DNA from: Bacteroidales bacterium
GTDB taxonomy: Bacteria; Bacteroidota; Bacteroidia; Bacteroidales; UBA12077
NCBI GenBank assembly: GCA_021108325.1
Contig: JAIORB010000038.1
Location: forward strand, 17,217 to 81,216
DNA: 64,000 bases
Direction: 5' to 3'
This document shows positions 36,195 to 43,435 of this stretch, piece by piece. Position 1 is the stretch's first letter. Each line of letters begins with the position of its first letter. A program made the position numbers and the translations under genes. The notes beneath the pieces are model-generated. The model searched no databases, was not told where the DNA came from, and saw only the letters and a program-made list of their open reading frames with translations.

Positions 36195-37409
36195 TTAAAA
36201 AGCACTGAATTTTCCTGTGCGTTCGTTCCATTTAACAAATACATACCAAACAAGTATGATTAACAGAACAATTAAGACCGCTCCTGCATATCCAAAGTAG
36301 TCAGGAAGATAATTCTTAAATTTCATGTTATGAGGAAGCTTATTAACAATAGCAGGAACTATATAAAGTTTTGAAATAGGAGATATTAATAAAAATCCTA
36401 AAGCAGCCATCCATAATTTCACTTGTCCTTCGCCAACTCTCCATAAGGTACCTACGGCACATCCTCCGGCAACGGTCATTCCTAATCCAAATATAAATCC
36501 ACCAATAAGACCACGTAACCAGAATTGACTGAAAACCCAGGTCATTTCTCTTGCGCGAATTGAAATTTCGCTTGCACCTATTCCAAAGAATTTAATAGCA
36601 GTAAATCCAATAAGAGTAATTAGCAATCCTGCCATAACCCCTACAGAACCGTCGCTTTCACCTGTCATGAAAGGATCTCTGAAAGCTTTAACAATGCAAA
36701 AACGAGATCTTTGACAAATAAGACCCATTAATAATCCGGATATGATAAACCATGCTAATACTCCATTTGTACCTGCAACTTTATATGCAAGAATAAATGT
36801 TCCGATTGATACAATCCAGCCTAGCCAAATTTGCCAATTTCCTTTGCCTTCTGGGGCTGCAAGAAAAGTAAAGCTTTTTCCGGAACTCATTCCAGGCCAT
36901 TTTTCCATTTCCCAAAGAAGATATTTAAGTGCAAGAATAGTACCCGCAAAAAGACCTATTGTAAAAACAATTGCACCACCTGATAAGGCAGGAACACCAC
37001 TAAAGAATGAACCAATAGTACACCCAAGTCCAAGGGTAGCACCAATTGCCATAAGTGCACCGCCAATAAAACCTTTTAGCAATTCTCCTTTTGGAGGAAT
37101 TCGTAATGCAAATTCTTTTGAGAAAAGAGCTCCTGCAAAAGATCCTAAAATAAGTACCAGACATAATACACCATAAAGACTTGTACTTGTAGGTGCTGCG
37201 TTTTCAAAAGCAGAAATACCGAAAAGTTTAAAAATGTTTTCTCCCCAGTTGTTAATACCTCCGCTGGCACCCCATGGGCTTTTTACTGTAAACAATAAAA
37301 TGTTTAATAAACCCAGAGTTACACCACCAACCCATACAGGCCAATGTTTTGCGAAAAATGTATTAAATAATTCCCGGAGTATTCCTGGCTCTTTTTGTTG
37401 ATCAGCCAT
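36195..37409 (-). CDS. yeeE: YeeE/YedE-family thiosulfate/sulfur-compound transporter (TsuA-like)
   Basis: 404 aa, polytopic, with duplicated halves carrying GLGCTIGSFFSG and AGGCAVGTLW motifs. Confidence 0.85.
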   Translation of the reverse strand: MADQQKEPGILRELFNTFFAKHWPVWVGGVTLGLLNILLFTVKSPWGASGGINNWGENIFKLFGISAFENAAPTSTSLYGVLCLVLILGSFAGALFSKEFALRIPPKGELLKGFIGGALMAIGATLGLGCTIGSFFSGVPALSGGAIVFTIGLFAGTILALKYLLWEMEKWPGMSSGKSFTFLAAPEGKGNWQIWLGWIVSIGTFILAYKVAGTNGVLAWFIISGLLMGLICQRSRFCIVKAFRDPFMTGESDGSVGVMAGLLITLIGFTAIKFFGIGASEISIRAREMTWVFSQFWLRGLIGGFIFGLGMTVAGGCAVGTLWRVGEGQVKLWMAALGFLLISPISKLYIVPAIVNKLPHNMKFKNYLPDYFGYAGAVLIVLLIILVWYVFVKWNERTGKFSAF

Positions 37410-37418
37410 TTTTACCTC

Positions 37419-37649
37419 CTATTTTTTTTGAATTAGAAATCTAAAAACACCACTTTCAACTTCACCTTCTTCAACTATTGTGTTGCCAGTTTTTTCGCAC
37501 CATTTTGGCAAATCTGATTTTGTTCCAGGATCGGTTCCAAGCATTTCTAAAACTTCACCTGAGTTTAATCCTTTAATTGCTTTAGCCAGTTTCATCATTG
37601 GCATTGGACATGAAAGCCCTTTACAATCTAATGTTTCTTTAATTTCCAT
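37419..37649 (-). CDS. TusA-family sulfur carrier (YeeD/TsuB-like)
   Basis: 76 aa with LDCKGLSCPMPMMKLAKAI, 9 nt upstream of yeeE. Confidence 0.8.
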   Translation of the reverse strand: MEIKETLDCKGLSCPMPMMKLAKAIKGLNSGEVLEMLGTDPGTKSDLPKWCEKTGNTIVEEGEVESGVFRFLIQKK

Positions 37650-37768
37650 AATCGTATAATTTTTTGTTGATTTTCAATGCAGTAAAGATTGTTAATTAAA
37701 TAACACACAAAAAGAAAAGCAGATTGATTTACCACCAGTATAAATTATGAGATTGCATAGTCAGAAAG

Positions 37769-37782
37769 CTGATGCAAATCAG
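37769..37782. promoter_or_regulatory. candidate Crp/Fnr-family operator (CTGAT-N4-ATCAG)
   Basis: Perfect palindrome ctgatgcaaatcag in the divergent intergenic region, 120 nt from the tusA start and 58 nt from the crp-like start. The core TGAT-N4-ATCA is identical to the FNR box. Confidence 0.45.
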
Positions 37783-37839
37783 TTTTTTTTCTGATTTAAT
37801 GTTATATTTGTAATCTTTAGTTCTAATAATGAAAACTTT

Positions 37840-38535
37840 ATGGAAAGATTCTCAGCGTTAAATAGCTGCACTGTAAGTAATTCTAAATGTATTTGTTTCG
37901 ATGTGTTAACGGAAGAAGAACAGGATTTGATAAGTAAAAACCAGATTGAAGTTCGTTATAAAAAAGGTGAAGTAATTTGTAAACACGGAACATTTGCCCC
38001 TCATATTATATTTTTGAAAGAAGGATTAGCCAAGGTTTATCTGGAAGGATTAAATGATTCTTTAATTTTAAAGATAATCACATCAGGTAATTTGATTGGG
38101 CTTACTACGATCATGGAGGACAATAATGTGTTTCATTATTCATCATCAGCATATGTTGATTCAACAGCAAACCTTATTGATATAAATATATTTAGAAAAA
38201 TTATTAAACAAAATGCTGAGTTTGCAAGTTCTATAATAAATATATTATGTGAAAACTCTTTACAAACTTTCGGAAGATTTTTTTGCCTGACTCACAAGCA
38301 ATTATACGGCAGGATGGCTGATATTATTTTATGTTTATCAGAAAGAATCTTTAAAGAAAGAAATTTTGAAATGAATCTTTCGAGAAAAGAACTTGCTGAA
38401 TTAACCGGAATGTCGACAGAAAGTGTTATTCGAATGCTTAAGAAATTTAAAGACGACGGTATAATTGAAATGCATGGAAAGACTCTTAATATTTCAAATT
38501 ATGATTTGTTAAGAAAAATTAGTGAATACGGATAA
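37840..38535 (+). CDS. Crp/Fnr family transcriptional regulator (N-terminal C-X6-C-X-C)
   Basis: cNMP-binding-like beta-roll plus a C-terminal HTH (LSRKELAELTGMSTESVIRMLKKF). N-terminal Cys10/Cys17/Cys19. Confidence 0.8.
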   Translation: MERFSALNSCTVSNSKCICFDVLTEEEQDLISKNQIEVRYKKGEVICKHGTFAPHIIFLKEGLAKVYLEGLNDSLILKIITSGNLIGLTTIMEDNNVFHYSSSAYVDSTANLIDINIFRKIIKQNAEFASSIINILCENSLQTFGRFFCLTHKQLYGRMADIILCLSERIFKERNFEMNLSRKELAELTGMSTESVIRMLKKFKDDGIIEMHGKTLNISNYDLLRKISEYG

Positions 38536-38559
38536 AAGTAAGTTGATAATATTTAATTA

Positions 38560-38590
38560 AAGAGCTGTCAAATTTGATGGCTCTTTTTAT
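38560..38590 (+). terminator. intrinsic terminator
   Basis: aagagc-tgtcaaatttgatg-gctctt followed by tttat. Confidence 0.55.
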
Positions 38591-38719
38591 TTTATGTTGC
38601 CTTGCTTTTATTGTGAGAAAATGGTCAATATATTTTAGCTTGACATATTGATTTTATGTCAAATTCAAAATGGTTAATCAACAAGACTATAATTTTTAAT
38701 GAAGTTTGATACGTTAATC

Positions 38720-39412
38720 TTATCCGTTTTTACTAATACTTTTAAGTAGTTCCAGATTCTTAATTTCAATTTTTTTTCTATTTAATTCAATTATTTTTTC
38801 ATCGCTAAATTCCGATAAAATCCGAGCTACACTTTCTATAGCCATTCCGGATAATTCGGCTAAATCTTTCCTTGTAATATATGAAAAAACATCAATAGAT
38901 TTAAATTCTTCTCTATTTAGATACAATAGGGTATTTGCCAGCTTCCCATGTAGTTGTCTAAGGCCTAAGTTTAAACATTTAGTAAGCATGATATTATAAT
39001 TCTTACAATACCAGCTCGCTGTTTCACGAGAAAAATCACAACTTTGAGAAATTAAATCTTTAATACCTTCCCGATCAATTGAACAAACTTTTGTTTCTTT
39101 TAGTGCAGCAGCAGAAAAGTAATATGTATCATCCCCAAAAAGAGATGTTAATCCTAGAAAATCACCTGGTTTTAGTAATTTTATTATGATATTCCTTTCA
39201 GGGCCTTCGATATATGTTTTAACTAGTCCGTCCAAAACATACAATATGTTTGAAACACGGGAGCCTTCTTTTATTATTGTTTCTCCTTTTTTATAATTAA
39301 TATGGATTTTTTGTAAATTATAAAATTCCTCTATTTTTTCAATGTTTTGAATAAAACAATCTGAACTTCTGTTACATTCATTGCAATTTGTTTTTTCGAA
39401 ATATCGATTCAT
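38720..39412 (-). CDS. FNR-like regulator with C-X2-C-X5-C cluster motif
   Basis: N-terminal CNECNRSSDC has the same spacing as E. coli FNR Cys20/23/29, and there is a fourth Cys in KVCSID near residue 110. The HTH is ITRKDLAELSGMAIESVARILSEF. Confidence 0.8.
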   Translation of the reverse strand: MNRYFEKTNCNECNRSSDCFIQNIEKIEEFYNLQKIHINYKKGETIIKEGSRVSNILYVLDGLVKTYIEGPERNIIIKLLKPGDFLGLTSLFGDDTYYFSAAALKETKVCSIDREGIKDLISQSCDFSRETASWYCKNYNIMLTKCLNLGLRQLHGKLANTLLYLNREEFKSIDVFSYITRKDLAELSGMAIESVARILSEFSDEKIIELNRKKIEIKNLELLKSISKNG

Positions 39413-39517
39413 ATTAGAAGATTGTTCTTTGTGCTATAATAGCAAGTTTCTTAAAAATTACAATATAAAGATATAAAATTTATAATAAAGAAATTGTCCA
39501 AATTTAATAGTATTAAT

Positions 39518-39553
39518 AAAAAAACAGGAAACGACATCTGGTTCCCTGTTTTT
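39518..39553 (-). terminator. intrinsic terminator after the flavoprotein gene
   Basis: Minus strand reads acagggaac-cagatgtc-gtttcctgt followed by ttttttt. Confidence 0.7.
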
Positions 39554-39609
39554 ATGTATTTAAAGCTGTATTAGTATTTCTGCTAATAGTTCTATTTTAA
39601 CATATTTTT

Positions 39610-40965
39610 TTATTTAAACATTGTTTTATAAGCCACATTTTCTGCTGCTTTTAGTAAAGGATAACCTGCAGGAGAGGCTGTTAGTAAAGGATGAGTCCCA
39701 ATTTGTGAAGTTAAAATGGAATTTATATTCATTCTGTTTTGAATAATGACACCAATAATATTTGTTAATTCTCCTACGGATGAACCTCCAACTACTTCTC
39801 CACCTAAAATTACATTTGATTCTTTTCCGACAATTAATTTAACAAGTTGTTTCTTTGCTCCAGGGAGTGCCCCCGGGTGTTTATCCATTCCCTCAAATAC
39901 CCCTGTTATTACATCAAATCCTTCTTCTGAGGCTTGCATCTCAGTTATTCCGGCAACTCCAAAAGCAATATCACCAATCATTGTTGAAAAAATTGAAATT
40001 GTTCCACTAAATGTTTTAATGGCACAAAGTTTAAATAAATTCATTCCGGCAGTTCTGGCTTCGGCGCATGCTGTAGATGCCAACATTGTACAGCATGGTT
40101 TTCTTGTTATAAAATCATGCTTTTGGGCACAATCACCTACTGCAAAAATATCCGGGTCATCTGTTCTCATATATTCATCAACATTTATGCAGCCTTGTTT
40201 ACTTAAGCTTAATTCGGATTCTTTTGCTAGTGTAGTATTAGGATGATATCCTATTGATAATACAACTGCATCTGTTTCAAGTATTTTACCGTTATCTAAC
40301 AATACTTTATTTACTTTTTTATCCCCTTCTAATTCTTTAACACCGATGCCGGTTATAATTTTAACACCCCTTTCCTGGAGCACTTCTTCTGCCTTAATTG
40401 ATATTTCTTCGTCGAAGCATAAACCCAAAATATGAGGTAATTTTTCAATTAGAATAATTTCCTTACCAGTTTTTTTCAATTCATCAGAAAGTTCAACACC
40501 TATAAATCCGGCACCAACAACAATAATTTTATTGCATTTATCAAGCTTGGTTTTCATTATATCAAGGTAGTCTTTATCTTTTGGTACTGAAAAAACATTT
40601 TCTAAATCAGCTCCTTTTAACCATGTGGGAACTGATGGAGAAGAACCTGTCGCCAGAACGAGCTTTTTATATGAAATTTCTTCCTTATCTTTTAAAATAC
40701 AAGTTTTTTTTTCGCGGTTAATAGAAATAGCTTCTCCAATAATCAGATTAACACTTGAGTTTTCAAGCATCTTTTCAGATGGTAATATGTTATCATTCGT
40801 ACCATTAATTGAAGCGAATGTATAAGGTATACCGCATGGAACAAGAGTTTTTTCTTCTTTTCTTATAACTGTAAATGTTTTATCAGGATAAACTTTTTTC
40901 CCTGTTAGGGCTGTAACCATACCTGCGGCACTACTCCCTATTACTAATACATCAGTACTTTTCAT
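39610..40965 (-). CDS. CoA-disulfide reductase / NADH oxidase-type pyridine nucleotide-disulfide oxidoreductase
   Basis: VIGSSAAGMVTAL, a single redox Cys in TLVPCGIPY (Nox/CoADR position), a second GxGxxG (VVGAGFIGVELSD) and AVGDCAQ. No C-terminal rhodanese domain. Confidence 0.8.
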   Translation of the reverse strand: MKSTDVLVIGSSAAGMVTALTGKKVYPDKTFTVIRKEEKTLVPCGIPYTFASINGTNDNILPSEKMLENSSVNLIIGEAISINREKKTCILKDKEEISYKKLVLATGSSPSVPTWLKGADLENVFSVPKDKDYLDIMKTKLDKCNKIIVVGAGFIGVELSDELKKTGKEIILIEKLPHILGLCFDEEISIKAEEVLQERGVKIITGIGVKELEGDKKVNKVLLDNGKILETDAVVLSIGYHPNTTLAKESELSLSKQGCINVDEYMRTDDPDIFAVGDCAQKHDFITRKPCCTMLASTACAEARTAGMNLFKLCAIKTFSGTISIFSTMIGDIAFGVAGITEMQASEEGFDVITGVFEGMDKHPGALPGAKKQLVKLIVGKESNVILGGEVVGGSSVGELTNIIGVIIQNRMNINSILTSQIGTHPLLTASPAGYPLLKAAENVAYKTMFK

Positions 40966-41019
40966 TATATAAATATTTAAAATATTAATTAATAATTATA
41001 AAATTCTATCCCGTATTGG

Positions 41020-41508
41020 TTAAATATTTTGTACAGTGAATTTATAATGCGTGTTTTCTTTAGAGTTATTAAGCATCTTGGCAAGGATTGTTTCTTCTTT
41101 TTTTGTCTTTTTTAACATATAGTAAAATATATTAATCATTGTTTCATTCAATTCATTTTCAGAGGCTAATATGTTATAAAGTTTAATAAGGCAATTATCA
41201 AAATATAATTCTATTTTAATTAAATCAGCCATAGACAAGTCTGGTCCTGTTTTTATATTTTTGAAACATTCCGATATTTGATTTGATAATTTGTTAGAAG
41301 GAAAACCTAACCAACAGTTCATTGCTTTTGCAATTTTTTTATGTTTTTCAAGATAGCTTTCACGAAATTTTTCATGTTGATACAGATCATATATTAACAG
41401 TTTAATTTCTTCGTTTTCAACCTTTTCATAGAGTCCAAAGTATAATTGAGCCACTTGTTTATGATAAGATTGAATTTGTTCGATGATTTTGCTTTTTTGT
41501 TTATACAT
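41020..41508 (-). CDS. hypothetical helical protein
   Basis: 162-aa ORF with helical heptad-like composition. No motif recognised. Confidence 0.35.
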   Translation of the reverse strand: MYKQKSKIIEQIQSYHKQVAQLYFGLYEKVENEEIKLLIYDLYQHEKFRESYLEKHKKIAKAMNCWLGFPSNKLSNQISECFKNIKTGPDLSMADLIKIELYFDNCLIKLYNILASENELNETMINIFYYMLKKTKKEETILAKMLNNSKENTHYKFTVQNI

Positions 41509-42090
41509 TTTAATCTCCTTTCTTGTTAAAATTTTATATTTGGTATGTTTGAAATAAGCTTCTTATCCAACTACTTAAAGTTAGTATGTTTTAATGTTAA
41601 CTTTTGTTAATCTTAAGGGTTTTACATCAAGAAAACTCTTGAGATTTATCAAATTATTTCTTATTTAATTAATACTTAAAGAACCCTTTTTGGTCAAAAA
41701 TTAAAACTCTTTCTTGGGAAATGTTTGTTTTACCTGACCTTTGGAATTGTGATTATTGAAGCTGTAAATATTTGCTGAATGCTGACTGCTCTGGCATTTC
41801 TTAATTTGTCGACTTTTTTAATAGTTATTTTCTTGCATAAGAAAAATGCATTTAAAAGATTCTCCAGTTTCCTTTTCCATTTTTTAAAACTCCTGTTCGT
41901 CGAACATTTCTCAGTATTCCTGATTGTCTATTCCAGTCATTTTTTCATGTATTATTAAAACATTAATAGCAATAATTAAATATATATTTCATTTGTTAGA
42001 GAAAATTTAAACTTTGTTTAAGTATTTTTGTCTTAAGTGTAATAATTTTCAAAATTAGGGGTCAAAAATATTTATATTAATTTTTACAAG

Positions 42091-43272
42091 ATGAAACAGA
42101 TTGACAGAAGGATAGTCATTGTTGCCGCCTTTGTTTTTATTGTTGGTATGGCATTTGGATTAATGAAGTTTTTAATAGCGCAGAAAGAAAAACCTTTTAA
42201 ACGACCGGCAGTAATTGCTAAACGACTAGTTAAAGCAGAAGAAGTAAAATATAAAACAATTATTTCGCCTGTATTTGCAACCGGTAGATTAACATCTGTT
42301 TCAGAAATAGATGTTATTGCTGAGGCATCAGGGAAAATTTTAAAATCAAATATTCCTTTGAAAAAAGGAGCCGAATTTTCTAAAGGCGATGTATTATTTA
42401 CTATTTATACTGACGAAGCTATCTTAGCTTTAAAAGCCAAAAAAAGCAAGTTTTTAAATTCATTAGCAAATCTTTTACCGGATATAAAAATTGATTATCC
42501 TGAATATGAAGCTCAGTTCAGCAAATTTTTTACATCAATAGATGTGAACAAAAAACTTCCTGAGTTTCCTGAATTTGAAAGTGAAAAACTGGAGATTTTT
42601 CTTGCCGGCAGGAATGTGTTAAGTGATTATTATGGAATTTTAAAGGACGAACTTCAATTAAGTCGCCATACAGTTGTTGCTCCCTTTAACGGAGCTTATT
42701 CTGATGTTTACTTAGAAGCTGGAGCCTATACTAATATGGGCGGGAGAGTTGCTCATGCTATTCAAACAGATATTTTAGAACTAGAAGTTCCTTTGGAAAA
42801 AATTGATGCCGAATGGGTTAAAATAGGCGATAAAACAAAAATTACTTCTGCCTCACGAAATACTAATTGGCAAGGGAAGGTAGTAAGGAAAAGTAAGTTT
42901 GTTGACCCTAATACTCAATCTTTGGGAATGTTTATCCGAATAAACAATACAAATGAAAACCCTTTATTAGCAGGGGAGTATTTAAAAGCTACTTTCCCCG
43001 GCCGTTATGTTAAGAATGTAATGGAAGCCCCAAGAAATGCGATTTTTAATTCTAACGAAGTTTTTGTTATTAATGAGGGTCAATTGCAGAAGAAAATCAT
43101 TAATGTGATTAAGGTAAATGAAAATACATTAATATTTAATGGTTTAAAAGAAGGGGAGATGCTTGTTATGCAACCTTTAATTAATGTATTGGAAGGAACT
43201 TTAGTTGAAATTCAGGGACAACAAAAAGAAAGAAAACCAACTAAAAAGAGTGCTAAATCCAAAAAAGATTAA
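42091..43272 (+). CDS. RND efflux periplasmic adaptor (HlyD/MFP family)
   Basis: N-terminal TM, lipoyl/hairpin/beta-barrel pattern, and a Lys-rich tail. Confidence 0.8.
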   Translation: MKQIDRRIVIVAAFVFIVGMAFGLMKFLIAQKEKPFKRPAVIAKRLVKAEEVKYKTIISPVFATGRLTSVSEIDVIAEASGKILKSNIPLKKGAEFSKGDVLFTIYTDEAILALKAKKSKFLNSLANLLPDIKIDYPEYEAQFSKFFTSIDVNKKLPEFPEFESEKLEIFLAGRNVLSDYYGILKDELQLSRHTVVAPFNGAYSDVYLEAGAYTNMGGRVAHAIQTDILELEVPLEKIDAEWVKIGDKTKITSASRNTNWQGKVVRKSKFVDPNTQSLGMFIRINNTNENPLLAGEYLKATFPGRYVKNVMEAPRNAIFNSNEVFVINEGQLQKKIINVIKVNENTLIFNGLKEGEMLVMQPLINVLEGTLVEIQGQQKERKPTKKSAKSKKD

Positions 43273-43299
43273 TATTAAAATATATAAAGGTTACCCTTT

Positions 43300-43422
43300 A
43301 AGTAATTTCTAAAAATAGTGAAATTCGAGGCGCAATAAATTTTAAAACCTGAGTTTACTATTGTAAATGATGGATTTAAAATTTTGAAGCAATGAAGAAG
43401 TTTGAATTTTTAGAGATTACTT
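43300..43422. repeat. structured intercistronic element (17-bp inverted repeats)
   Basis: aagtaatttctaaaaat (43300-43316) against atttttagagattactt (43406-43422), 16/17 complementary. Lies between the adaptor and pump genes. Confidence 0.45.
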
Positions 43423-43435
43423 TTAATAAATTAAG

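Noticed and set aside
36742-37176. 144-aa plus-strand ORF inside yeeE. Other antisense or overlapping track ORFs are similar: 1920-2192, 3863-4084, 6454-6651, 7501-7713, 9781-10011, 10584-10844, 14434-14664, 22470-22891, 28366-28720, 30408-30644, 31074-31325, 33822-34070, 34954-35247, 39746-40246, 44560-44793, 50193-50756, 51511-51876, 52564-52912, 57750-58052 and 61943-62182.
   Set aside because: Each lies entirely within a longer ORF on the opposite strand, or in another frame, where the longer ORF has clear family motifs. Their compositions are low-complexity mirror images (Ser/Pro/Ile-rich). I treat them as shadow ORFs.
37667-37677. ttgattttcaa as an FNR/CRP box just upstream of the tusA start.
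   Set aside because: The half-sites TTGA/TCAA are separated by 3 nt rather than 6, so the TTGAT-N4-ATCAA geometry is absent. It also lies only about 20 nt from the ATG. The CTGAT-N4-ATCAG site at 37769 is the better candidate.
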